The notes: generated by a model not told the origin, from the letters alone. A stretch of DNA of 63,559 nucleotides, filler included, from Reticulomyxa filosa (GCA_000512085.1; 24 parts of 24 records of this genome joined end to end with filler, not necessarily neighbours in it); one strand, 5' to 3'; positions 1 to 12,123 are shown, counted from the first letter of the whole stretch. Made by a program: numbers and translations.

Positions 1-297
1 AAAAAAAAAAAAAATGACGGACCTAACCACAAAAACTATCCTCTCTGCAGCCAGAGCAAGTTTATCGTACCTGTGTAGTGGATACATGAGTCATAATTGA
101 CTCTAGAGTTGTAATAACTCAACTCATAAATTTCTTGTACGTTTTCGTTTAGCTTAACTCTCTACACCTGGTCCAAAAAGGATATGACACTAACAATAAA
201 CGAAAGAAAAACGTACAAACAATTTCTAAAAGAAAATAAATTTTTCCCTTATAGTTGCTGGTGATTGTTGTCACTTACTTGAACTTTGTAATGTTAA

Positions 298-968
298 CTG
301 GTTTTAGTTAGGTGTCGATTATAGTGTGGATTTTCTGGTGCTGAAAGAGGTGTACAAACTGTAATACGAAAGTTTTTCGCTCTTTTGACCAATTTAAAAC
401 AAAAGAGTAATAAATTAAATAAAAGAGAAAACAAATAACAAGATTCAACAAGTGAAAGAGGAAAGATAAATCGTGAAAGCGAGTAGTGTGTTGTTAGAAT
501 AAAGGGGGTTCCAAAAATTTACTTGGATTTTGCGAGAATTGCTTATTACGATATATCATGAGTACTACAATAGTTTTGCCTGATTTCACTGTTTTTGCTT
601 GAGATTGGTGCAAATGTTGGTTCACTAAACTGATTATCATTGTTTAATACAAGTTGTATATATTTTGCATGTCTTGTGTAGGAATAGTGATATGACTAAT
701 TGTAATACAAAAGGAAATTAGTTCCAAAAAGTAATTTCAGTAAAAAAAAAATTAAATTAACAAAGATAATTTCAATATAACAGAGGAAAACACAAAAGTG
801 AGTTGTGTTATGAAGAAAGGTTTTTAACCCACCGGGAGGGTCCCACCGTTGCATTAGTATTTGAGATTGTATAATATGGATTTGTACTGGTTTTAGTTAG
901 TTGTCGATTCTAGTTTTATCTGTTTTCGCTGTTTTTGCTTAAGATTAGTGCAAATGTTTGTTCACTCT
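298..968. repeat. Degenerate direct repeats in a non-coding contig
   Basis: ctggttttagttaggtgtcgattatagt (298-325) resembles ctggttttagttagttgtcgattctagt (887-914); ctgtttttgcttgagattggtgcaaatgttggttcact (~589-626) resembles ctgtttttgcttaagattagtgcaaatgtttgttcact (~929-966). Confidence 0.7.
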
Positions 969-1000
969 GTATGAAGATTGAGGTAGCACCAAGTGTAATA

Positions 1001-1100
1001 NNNNNNNNNNNNNNNNNNNNNNNNNNNNNNNNNNNNNNNNNNNNTTAATTAATTAANNNNNNNNNNNNNNNNNNNNNNNNNNNNNNNNNNNNNNNNNNNN
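1001..1100. other. Artificial contig linker N44-TTAATTAATTAA-N44 (first of 23)
   Basis: Identical 100-bp spacers also start at about 2203, 4525, 7914, 11255, 12821, 14319, 17391, 22200, 29971, 32148, 37935, 39453, 40765, 43295, 45331, 47219, 49283, 51559, 55052, 57309, 58803 and 60418; the 12-mer puts stops in all six frames. Confidence 0.99.
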
Positions 1101-2302
1101 TTTGTGATATGAAAAAAAGAAATGTGAATTAAAACAAAAAATTTGCTGGAATGATATGTTAATGCAACGACTTGTCTCTTTGTTATTTGCATGAATAATG
1201 TTCAAATTTCGTGATAAGCATTAAACCTTTGTTGCAAAAGACAATTATGTTCAAAAAAAGTTGTTGAAAATTTTTTAAAAAGTGTTGTTCATGTACTTAT
1301 TTTTGAACAAGGCACATTTTATACATAAATGGTAATTTTTGTACAATTTAAACAAGTGCGAACTTTCACTTTCACTGGAATAATAGAAAAAACTTATGTC
1401 ATGAAAGAAAATATGTTAAATGAAAATTTATTGATATTACACAAATTCAAAAAGATCATTACGTGATTTCAAATAATTTCTTACTTTATGTTATTTCATA
1501 TCAAAAACATAATTAACAACGCATTTGATAAATTTGATTCTGTCATCAAATATTTACAATATGATAAGAAAAAAAAGAAACAGTTTTGAAATTGCCAATA
1601 ATACAGTAATTCTACAAGTACAGTCATTACCAAACAGTTATGCTTCTTTTTGAGATAATGATGTCCAATTATACATTAGAATGAATACAAATGGATTGTA
1701 AAAGTAAAATCATCTGTAGAAAAAAGGATATTCACTATTCTTTCAAACAAAAGAAGCATGTTATCTACTTTGTCCAATATACAGAATATTTCCTGATGTC
1801 AAATACTTTTATTTTAATAAATGATAAAGACATTAAATAAAGTTTTTGCAAAGATAGAAAAAAATCCTTTATGACGTATATTCTTTTGCATTGTCAGCAT
1901 TTTTCTGCTAACACAGTAATAGAATCAATTTTCGTCATTTTATTATTAAGGCCAAACAAAAATTCTTCAACTTTTTGTAATACACATACTTTTCTGGAAG
2001 GTTCAAAAGATGATGTTTTATTAAAATCCCAATATGTTCATTAAGATTAATCAAATCAGAAGTAGAAAGCCTTGCACAATAAATAGACAGAGATGTGTTG
2101 TCTGGCATTGAAAAAACCTAAACACAAGATTTGTGCATTTATCTAATTGGGTCAATTGAAGTTACACACTTAAACTGGATGCTTATGTGTTGTTAACTGT
2201 TGNNNNNNNNNNNNNNNNNNNNNNNNNNNNNNNNNNNNNNNNNNNNTTAATTAATTAANNNNNNNNNNNNNNNNNNNNNNNNNNNNNNNNNNNNNNNNNN
2301 NN

Positions 2303-4524
2303 CGTTTTGAGAGGCAATACATTTCATACGCTGGGTCATTGTCTCCGTCCAGTCTTGAAAAAGTAGATATCTTTAAAAAGTATTTGTGTAACCGCTACGG
2401 TCTCTTTGGAGAAAAGAATTTACCTGAATTGTTTTGCGGATTCAATGATGACACAATTCCTTCGGCTATCCTCCATATTTTGTTGCAACAAGGTAATTGT
2501 GATAACGAAGACATAAAACAAGATGAAACAGAGCAATTATTGAAATTGTTTTATCCACTTCGCCATCCAGCCAAAATTACGAGTTTGGTAATAAATTCAT
2601 CTTCTCAAAATTTGGACGATAAGGATCAATCTTTTGACACATTTGTTAAGTGTGTTCTCTTTAATGGAAGAAAAGTGGTCATTGTCATCCTTTTAAACTA
2701 TTCACAAAAATAAAACGAAATTAACAAAATAGGAGAAAGTCCTGGACACTGCAAAGAAAAATTACAATAAAGAAATGTTGTTAATTTTAACCTGTGATTT
2801 GGAATACAACTCCTTTCAATGTAAATGGAATAGTAAATGTATTAGTGATTATATGAAAGTAAGTCATCTCGAAAAAGATGTCACAAATTTCTTTGAGAGC
2901 TCCATGGCGGACATACTCGTTTTGCAATATCAGCATAAGACCAATGACTTAACACAGTTTTTTCAAATCAAATGTATTCTCGAAAGTGCTCATTCTTTGC
3001 ATTGGAAAAAATCTAACAACGAAACACCTGCAAAAAAAAAATTGGTTGTTCTTATTGTTCATAATGTTATGGGACAAAAGGATCCATTTCCTATCATTTT
3101 TTCACAGTTTAAGCAAACTCTTTTTTTTTTGTAAAACAATAGAAATATTCACCAACATTTTGTTGTGAAAATTTTTTAAATAGGAAGTGGAAACTTGCTT
3201 TTGTTGATTCTCTAACCAGTCGATCATCAATAGACTTTAAAGACTTGACCACGAGTGACCAAACAACTGTAATTTGTCAGTACCTTTCGTTTGAGCAAGT
3301 TCGTTTTTATCTCTTCTTGTATATACGCTCATATATACACATACATATATGTCAGAGTCGCTCTTTTTTTTTATGCGTTTCAATCAGATGCAAAGACTGA
3401 TACAGCGTGCCTTTTTTTATTTAGAATTTCCTTCTTCTTTCAGCTCTTTGTTTGAGTTGAAAGCTGATGTGGTGCCCAAAGAGATTCAAGATCTAATGAT
3501 AGCGAAATTGAAATTGGTATTAGTGAAAAACATTCATGTTAATTTTATCATCAACGAGATTAAAAAAATAGTTGAACAGGTTATAAAAAGATCTCAGCCC
3601 AGTTTTATTCAAGCCTATCAAACTTTTGTAGATAATTTGATCATTTTTGCATGGATTAGAGTACTGCTACCCCTTTATGAAAACTGCTACCTTCAAGTTT
3701 TTTTATTTGTTTATTTTTTTTTTATTTTTTTTTTGAAAACATAAACGCAAAAATGGAAAAAAAAATGAAACACTTCACAAAAGGCAATAAAAAAGAAAGT
3801 CGATTCAAGACAGGAATTAATAAACATTTTTGTAGCAAGTGTTGAAAATGAAGCATTGGTGCCATTGTTCGATGAAGATAAGATAACTGATCTAGAATTG
3901 CATGTTTGGAAAGTGAAAGTATGTTATAAAGCATGTTTCCCATTTAGCTGGAATTTTCACATGTGGTGTCTTGACAAACTCCAAATCATCTCCGATGACA
4001 ATGATAAGGTATTGGAAACTTGTGCTCTCTTGAAAAGTAAATCGGATAAAGATGGTGATGATGTTTTCTTAACATTGAATCAATGCAGTCGTGAAATTTG
4101 TGAATTTTATACGAAGGACGTGATTTGTGGAAAATTTCATGCCTACTTTTCAATGGAAGAAAGCGATCAAATAGCTGAAATTCTCAAAGATATTGTATTG
4201 TGTATGGTTCAAATGGTTATTGGTGAGGATAGTATTCCATCTATTGAGACAGTTTTGTATTATTTCGAGAATGTCATTACCAAGTATGTGCAACTGGTGT
4301 TTCTCTTCAAAGATGAAACTGTGGTGATATCGGAAATCAGGGAAACATTGTCGAATTGTGAATCGACAATGCCTTTGGAACAATTGATTATGGTTACGTC
4401 CATCATGTACGAATATTTCTTAACACATGATCCTCAAGAAAGTGAGTTGGAGGGCTTTGCTTCCAAAATGACAATTGCAAGTCATGCAACAATAACCATT
4501 CTCAAGTTTCTGCGCCAACAACAA
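2303..4524 (+). CDS. Internal multi-exon fragment of an RNF213/mysterin-like giant protein (partial)
   Basis: ORF pieces 2339-2713, 2775-3134, ~3184-3300, 3349-3744 and 3856-4524 are separated by short AT-rich introns. Motif order LEKDVTNFF..ILVLQ..VVLIVH..FPIIFS..WKLAFVDSL..FPFSW resembles the region after the AAA+ modules of RNF213-like proteins (recalled similarity). Confidence 0.5.
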
Positions 4525-4876
4525 NNNNNNNNNNNNNNNNNNNNNNNNNNNNNNNNNNNNNNNNNNNNTTAATTAATTAANNNNNNNNNNNNNNNNNNNN
4601 NNNNNNNNNNNNNNNNNNNNNNNNGATATAAAAGACACTTTTCATTTTCTTAATACACTTCAAAAGCAGTCTTTTCGATCCAAGTGAATAAAAAATCGTC
4701 AAAGTCAAATTAAACGCAATACAAACTTACAAATGATATAGTTCAAAAAAAAATTTGATATTTTCAGTTTCTTTGGTTTTACTCTCCTAACCAGCACAAA
4801 CTCGCTTTTTCAAGCTTGCGTACCCTTCCACGAACTCAATACGATTTTCAAAAACCCTTTATTCAGGAACATAAAG

Positions 4877-5878
4877 ATGAATTTAAACAAAAATAACGAA
4901 CAATTAGTTGATAAAGAAAAATTGACAACAAATAAAGAATCAAAAGTAAACAAAGAACAAAAAGTAGGAAAAAAACCAGAACCAAGCAAAAAAATAGGAA
5001 AAAAAGCAGAACCAAGCAAAAAAGCAGCTAAAAAAAAATCGATTAAAGGAGGTAAACGGTGCTGCAAAAAAAAATGTAAAGAAATAGTTGCTCCTTCTCG
5101 AAAATATTGCGTAAAGTACCACCACAAGTGGGAAGTAATAAACTGTAATTTTAATCGTTTTAAGAATGAGGATGACCAATTTGGAATAAAGTTGTGTCAA
5201 ATGTTTTTTGAGGACGACCAGAACAACCCGTTACAGCCAAAAGGGAAAATACCAGTACGTCCTGCATGCGCTGCAGAAACTGCTTTGTCCAAGTTTTCGT
5301 CACAATTTTGGGAAAAATACGGTGAAGTTTTGTTGGCTATAGCAGGGGCAATAACTGTAAAAAAGAAGGGATGTCGAAGAATTGATTTGGAAAAGCGAGC
5401 AGAAGCTGTGGCTCAATTGCTTATCAAAGGAAACTTCAAAACACTTCGCTTAATGGATGGACATGGCCGAATATTATTTTTAATTTTGAAGCATCTGATT
5501 GATCAGAAAAGGGAAGACTTAGTTGACTCCTTGAAAATAGAGCTTGTTGACATTGATGCAGATGTACATGCTTATCACAAGGGCGTCTTTGTTGGTGAAG
5601 GATGCAAGAATATCAAAGTAATTCACAAAGATGTATTGGACATGGGGATATCCCCTGCGACCCTCGTCTATTTGAACTTTTGCGGAATCGCAAAATCTGT
5701 AAAAAAAGTAGAGACATTCCGTGAGGAATACAAAAAGCAGCAAATCAGTTTTGTTCTGTCGTTTTCAATTAGTCGAAATGCAGCAAAATCAATTCCTATT
5801 ATAAATTTGAAAAATGTCATGGAGTCAACCGAATTTGCCAGCAAGTTGGACACAGGCAGAAAGGGCTTTGTAACGTAA
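4877..5878 (+). CDS. Intronless protein: Lys-rich N-terminus, C/H Zn-knuckle and putative class I SAM-dependent methyltransferase fold
   Basis: 333-aa ORF with CCKKKCKEIVAPSRKYCVKYH, then Rossmann MTase-like order LRLMDGHGRI (motif I), IELVDID (II), IKVIHKDVLD (III), LVYLNFCG (IV). Confidence 0.6.
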   Translation: MNLNKNNEQLVDKEKLTTNKESKVNKEQKVGKKPEPSKKIGKKAEPSKKAAKKKSIKGGKRCCKKKCKEIVAPSRKYCVKYHHKWEVINCNFNRFKNEDDQFGIKLCQMFFEDDQNNPLQPKGKIPVRPACAAETALSKFSSQFWEKYGEVLLAIAGAITVKKKGCRRIDLEKRAEAVAQLLIKGNFKTLRLMDGHGRILFLILKHLIDQKREDLVDSLKIELVDIDADVHAYHKGVFVGEGCKNIKVIHKDVLDMGISPATLVYLNFCGIAKSVKKVETFREEYKKQQISFVLSFSISRNAAKSIPIINLKNVMESTEFASKLDTGRKGFVT

Positions 5879-6289
5879 CTTTCGATCCACATCCAGCTCC
5901 TTAAGTCAAGTACCAGGTCTTTAACGACTGGTGTCTAAGTCACTATAGACCTGTCGAGCACTGAAGGGTGATTGGTTGATTTTTAATGTCAATTCAAATT
6001 ATTTAACAGTTTTATTTTATTTTTTTTGAAGACCATAGCTCTCTCTTCCAAAAAGAGTCTCAATAATATGTTAACTGTATTCTCCAAGTTTTTTTGGCAC
6101 TTACGAGAGCAACAATTTTCAAAAAAGAGAAGTGCAAAAATGAGCGAATAGTACACAAATGAAAAGGATGCACACAATGTGATGACAATTGTTACGATAA
6201 AAAGGCAAAATTTGATGATTAGCAAAGGAGAAAATACGCTATGAAGGCAAGTGCACAGCAAAAAAAAAAGTTCTTCCCTCTTTTTTTTT

Positions 6290-7218
6290 TTAAAAAAGAA
6301 ACAAAATATCGAGTTCATGTTTGATGTCTTGCCTGCATTGTGCGATTTCATCCTTGAGCATGGATTGCATGTGTTCTGGCAAGCAAGTCAAAACTGAGTC
6401 GCAAAGTCGGATAGAAGAAGCGCTCTCTCGTAGATTAGAATACATAATCTTGCGAGCTTGAATTAATTGGTCTCTGACTTTTTTGGTGATATCATCTTCA
6501 ATATCTCTCCAAGCGCTGCGATAGTGAAGAGCATCTGTGATTTTTTCAATGGCCTTGTTCAGCTTGGCATAGAGTTCCTTGGGTGTGGCATGCAAAGAAG
6601 AGGAGTAGTAGTAAGGGTTGAACTGCGAGCCGCTGAGTTTTACAGCTTTGTATTGAGTTACAATTGTATTTAAAGTGTCTTCAATTTGTTTTCCAAAGTT
6701 GTCAATGCGACGAATAATCATATCAGTGATGTTTTTTTCTTTGATACTGTCCACTTTATCGTCATCCCCACTTGCATTCACATTCACATTAGTATCATTG
6801 TCGCAATGGATTTGTTCACATTGATATTCCCCTAAAATGACAACGATTTTACGAAGGAATTTGACCTTGTTCTCGGCCTCGTAGAAGTTGCACGAGATGA
6901 CTGCAGTATCAACAGCGTGGAGCATGCGCAGCATCCACTTGGCAATGACGTCTTTGATATTGGCATGTAGCTTTTCAATGTCGGGCTGCACGTTTGAGTC
7001 GACAAACTTGTGCAAGACATAGTGTTTTGCCTCGTCGATCCACCGCAGCCGCTCTTCCAAAGCAATGACATGGTTCAAGTCGACATCAGTGTCGTTGTCC
7101 CCGAGCAATAGCGTATTCACCCATGTTTTTTTCGCCAATTGTGTCAACGAACGTGTCAGTGAGTTTTTGACACGTTCCAGAACATATCTATTCTGAGCAT
7201 CATCTTCATCCTCATCAG

Positions 7219-7264
<46 letters not shown>

Positions 7265-7850
7265 GTTATTAATATTGTTGCCAAGTTTGGCCATTTGAAA
7301 AGCGACTTCGGAATAATGATGTGCTTCGATGGCCTGCACGATATGTTCGGGATCGACCAAGGGACGGCCATAGAGCTTGTCTTGGAACTTGAAGAAGGGG
7401 TCTCGAAAGTGGTAATTGGGTTTGACGAACTCGTCCAAGGCGGTCAAGAACTTGACAATTGCAAGCTTGCGTTTGAAAGGCTTTGCATTTGCGCATCGCG
7501 CCAAGCGTGCCAGTTCATCGACCAAGTGCAGCCATATCAATTGCAACTTCCGTCGAACGTCTTCTTCGGTCGTGGATTTTCCAAAGCGCTCGAATATCGT
7601 CGGGTGGTCTTGTCTCCACGACTTTATTTCGTCCAATCGACTCGACAGCTGTTCCACGTTTTCGATCCATTCCACTTTGCTCCATTCCCGGTTCAATGTC
7701 AATGTCGATGTCGAGTCTGTATGTTCCACGATGCAAGCCATTAGCCATTGCAACTGTCGTTGTATAAAAGTGAAATAGCAACGCACAAAGCGATCCACGA
7801 CGCGAGTTGTCATTGCAACGGCTTGTTTCAAGCTTGTTTTTACATTTGCA
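6290..7850 (-). CDS. Uncharacterised helical protein with poly-Asn tract (internal exon, partial)
   Basis: 513-aa open frame, GC-richer than its flanks, with an (AAT)n tract at ~7220-7275; ends in a poly-T intron-like region. Confidence 0.7.
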
Positions 7851-7877
7851 CTTACGTTTGAATGATTTGTATTTTCA

Positions 7878-7913
<36 letters not shown>

Positions 7914-8063
7914 NNNNNNNNNNNNNNNNNNNNNNNNNNNNNNNNNNNNNNNNNNNNTTAATTAATTAANNNNNNNNNNNNNNNNNNNNNNNNNNNNNNN
8001 NNNNNNNNNNNNNAATATATTTTATTGTATAAAACTTACTAACAAATAATAAATAATGAACAG

Positions 8064-8171
8064 TCAAAAAAAGAAATACAAATTATTATTCAATATTTTG
8101 TTCGAAATGTAAAGATAAAATTAGGATGGATCGATGATTTTTATCAAATTATTATCAAATACAGTATATGA
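8064..8171 (+). CDS. Terminal exon of a Kelch-family gene (SKKEIQIIIQYFVRNVKIKLGWIDDFYQIIIKYSI*)
   Basis: Follows a CAG acceptor at 8061-8063 and is a close paralogue of the terminal exon at 18778-18668. Confidence 0.75.
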   Translation, partial: SKKEIQIIIQYFVRNVKIKLGWIDDFYQIIIKYSI

Positions 8172-10040
8172 AATAAATTTGGAAATCTAAATGCCAAAAA
8201 AAAGTTTTGTTTAAAAAGGGATAATACGAAACTATATTTTTATAAAGTGGTTAAAATTATTGTACAGCTTTGTTTATTTATTTTTTATTTTTGACAAAGG
8301 TAAATTGAAAACAACAGCAAAAATTCAATTTCCATTTTATAATACTTTGTTAATGTTTGTGGATCTTCAAATTACATTGATTTTGTGTTTAAGGTGTCAT
8401 ATTCTATTGCAATTATCCCTTGATAAAATTAAAAAAATGAATAAATGAAGTTTTTTCGACAATACGAAAAAAGTTTACAAATGGAAAAGTACATAAAAAA
8501 AAATGGCACTCAAGTTGAAACGATTCAAATTGGAATTTCTTGATGATTCCAAAAGGGGTTTGGCCAAAGACGCGCAAAAAAGAATAACCGAACCTACAAC
8601 AGCCAAAAAAGCAATTGAGACCACAACAACCAAAAAAATAATTACCAATCCAATTAATTCTGATGAAACCAATCCAATTAATCCTGATAAAACCACTCCA
8701 CCATCCACACCCACAGAGGAGACAAAATAATTTAGGAAATTTTTTTTTTGAATAAAATCTTGAACATTTTGTTATTCTTATTTCAGATCTTTTATTAACA
8801 TTTTCTTGCACTCTTCAATAATTCTCATGTTTTATCAAAGCATAAATCTCTTGCGTACAAAACTTTATCTTTTTTTTTTTTTTTTCTCTCGGATCCATTT
8901 TATGTTCTGTTTGAGTCTTGCGGCTGTATTATTTACCTGGACCAGTTATTCCACTTTTTGTATATCTACAAACACATACCGCAGAAACATTTTTAATTAA
9001 ATCCTAATTTGAAAATATTTATTTGCTTGTTTGATGGCATTTTCAAAAATGAAAGCAGAATCAGATATCTTTTTTAGAAGTTATTTTTTGTAATGCAAGA
9101 TTCCTTGTGTAACAAAGACAGTTTAAATGTTTGTTAAAATTTCTTGTTGGAAAAAACTATTCAAAGCGAGGAGAATCGCGACACGGTGTTTCAGCTGAGT
9201 GTGCCAAAGGTCGATGCTCCCCAATTAGATTGGCCTTTGGCTTGACAACAACCACATTTAGAAATATTTGTGGCCCGATGAAGTTATTTCCTCATTGGAT
9301 TTGGCAGGATGGGGCGATCTAGAACTACAATCCCTCTTATTGTGTCTGCTGTTGAACATTTAACAAAAACAATTTTTGCAAGCTATTGCAAGTGTGCTGC
9401 TCAATGTTCGCTTGTCACACACACTGCCATTTCATCTTCCGAATTGTCTCAATGCAAAACTTTTTTACTCACTTGGTTTCCATACTTGAAAATCGACACA
9501 AAGCAGACTTCAAATGGAAATGTTTTTATTTCCATTGATTTAGACTCCCTTCAAGACTGTGTTTGGAGTCAACATGTTCAAGAGATCACAAACAATGAGC
9601 CTAAACTAATTGAAAACAAACCTAACTTATTGGAGCAATAAAAACCAAAGATTTGGACAATATACAAATTTTTTTTTTTTTTTACAAATCTAGTGTCTCA
9701 ATCTCTCTTTGCTTTTCTTACAACAAATGCATTACATTTTAATATTTATGTCACACAATTGTTAAAAGGACTTTCCTTTGCATCGATTATTTGCAAAACA
9801 AAATTTGTACTATTCAAATATTAAAAATCCTTGTAGTTTTTTTTGCATGTTCATTAAAGAATGACAAGTATTGTCTCAAATAATAAAAAAATGGTTATAC
9901 TGCAATCAAATCAATACCCAAATGCAGGCTGACATCCGGTTTACATGATATAATGAGAGAATAGGAGTTATAGAAGAAATATATTATAAGTCAAGCCTTG
10001 AAACATTTTAAAAAGGGTAATTATTGCAAGTTTAACGTTA

Positions 10041-10680
10041 TCAACTAACAATTTCAGAGTGTTTTTGTTGTGGAAAACAATGCTTTGGTAAATCTTCGAC
10101 GCGAGAGTTTTTAAGTAGAAATAGACGTGAGACTCGTTCATGCAAGGTTCCTCCACATTTCATTCCACGTATTTGTAACTCTGTTTTTAATCTTTCCATC
10201 CCCAAACGTTCCAAATCAGCGATTGAATTAAATTCACTCCATTGTAAAAGTAAATTTGTATCGACAATTATTTGATTAGGATTCAGACAATGTTCAAAAT
10301 CTTTTTCTCCATACAATTGTTGCTGTAGTATAAATAATCAAGTAGGAAAAAAAGTGTGAACTAATTATTAACAGCAAAATTACATTAAATGAATTAACTT
10401 TTTTGCATATCTTTCAAATGGTCGTATTTGTTTGTACTACTTTCATTAATTAATCCTAATTTTTTTTCGTTGTCTTTTCACTTTTTTTTCCAAAAGATTT
10501 TGAAATGCTATCACCTCGTCCTATTTGTCCTGTTTGTCCTGTTTTGTTATAAACAACAAAAAAAGATGATAAAAAGCTTGTGAAATCGATTTGCAAAGCC
10601 AAAAAATTAGTCTCACCTCCTTTGTCAGTTTTGATAGCGATAACAGAGCCTGTTGAAGACTTTGCAGCTACATGCGGCAA
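10041..10680 (-). CDS. SDE2: SDE2-like protein, C-terminal SAP-like domain (upstream exons uncertain)
   Basis: DLERLGMERLKTELQIRGMKCGGTLHERVSRLF matches the Sde2_C/SF3A3 motif LGLDRLK..LGLKCGGTL.ERA.RLF; the stop immediately after the domain favours Sde2 over SF3A3. Confidence 0.65.
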
Positions 10681-11364
10681 AGGATTGACAGTGGACCAAA
10701 GAATGTCTTTTGGTAATATCTAAACATATATCAAAGTCGCAGGGAGAGTTGTGAGATGGAGTTGGATTGTCTGATGTATGAAGCAGTCCGTGGTTGCAGT
10801 GTCAGGATGGGCCATAGTAAGCTCGAGAGCAATGATCACAGATGATAAAGTCACAATCCTTACGTACTCCATAAACCAATGGATGTGAGTATTGTTTCGT
10901 CAGTACCCCTTGTTTAATCATCTGCCAATCCTCGTTTGTTATAGTCGATCTTCGTGCTCAGGCGACACTTCACTCCATTCACTCCCATACAATTCTAACA
11001 ATTCCTTTTCTGTCCCTGATTTCATATCGGTATTGCTATTGTTGATCATGCTCCGTTGGTAGCTCTGTCCACTCAATATTGCATCCGATATTCTGTCCAA
11101 ACTGTTCATCTTCGGTATGGATATATCGGTGCCAGAGAGTTCTTGCTAGGTCTAGGAAAGTGATCTCCCTTGATGGAAAAAAACAAAATTATAAACAAAT
11201 AAGGGCATCTTTACGGAATTTTTTACAATTTTTTTTTTTTTAAATGTTAATGTTNNNNNNNNNNNNNNNNNNNNNNNNNNNNNNNNNNNNNNNNNNNNTT
11301 AATTAATTAANNNNNNNNNNNNNNNNNNNNNNNNNNNNNNNNNNNNNNNNNNNNTGGCGAACTA

Positions 11365-12123
11365 GTGTGGAAGCTAATCAAAGAAAGTACAGAAACAAAT
11401 ACTATTGGTGCATTTACGTTTTTTGATAACGAAAAAGACAACCTATTCAAATGGAAAAATCTATATAAATTGCGGGTGCGGGGTTGTTCATTGTCAGGAG
11501 TTGTGGTCACCCCCTTTTCAAATATTACCACAGTATACGTAACTACACAGTTTATGGAATCCCTTATAATCAAAAATGAAGAAGTATCTTACTTGCTGTC
11601 CTTTTTACCAAAAGGCTCAAACAGTAATGTATCATTGTTGTATCGCGGAAGTAGGGACGGATTTGAAGCAAAAATATTTCATCTGACATGCAATAGAATG
11701 GGAAAAACACTCACAATCGTGCAATCAAAAAATAATTTTGTATTTGGTGGTTTTACGAACTCTTTATGGTGGAGCCGTAAGACAGATAAGGTAACTTCGC
11801 AAGACAATGGAGCATTTGTATTTTCATTGAGAAATGCGGATGGTGTTGCTCATGAAAAGTATTGTATCCGAGAAGGAGAAGAAGAACATGCGATCAAGAA
11901 CTCTGAAAAATTTGGACCATATTTTGGTAATAAAAAAAAAAATTATTGAAGCATTACTAAGTTTTTATATTTGTATTATATGTGATACCGATATTATTAT
12001 TACTGACAATTACAACAAAAACAACAATATTAGCAAGTTATCCAGTACGACTACACCAAAGTCACTTTGGCAGAAAGTGAAAAATTTGTATTGCAGGAAA
12101 TAGAAGTTTATTTGGTAAAATGA
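11365..12123 (+). CDS. TLDc domain protein (partial; 3' end frameshifted or spliced)
   Basis: LLYRGSRDGFEAKIFHLTCNRMGKTLTIVQSKNNFVFGGFT..AFVFSL..GPYFG, with terminal FVLQEIEVY in another frame at ~12085-12115. Confidence 0.85.

Noticed and set aside
5879-5978. Hammerhead, twister, pistol or HDV ribozyme, or Fanzor omega-RNA
   Set aside because: Core motifs are not matched (CUGAAGG rather than CUGANGA, no properly placed GAAA), and the ORF has no RuvC motifs.
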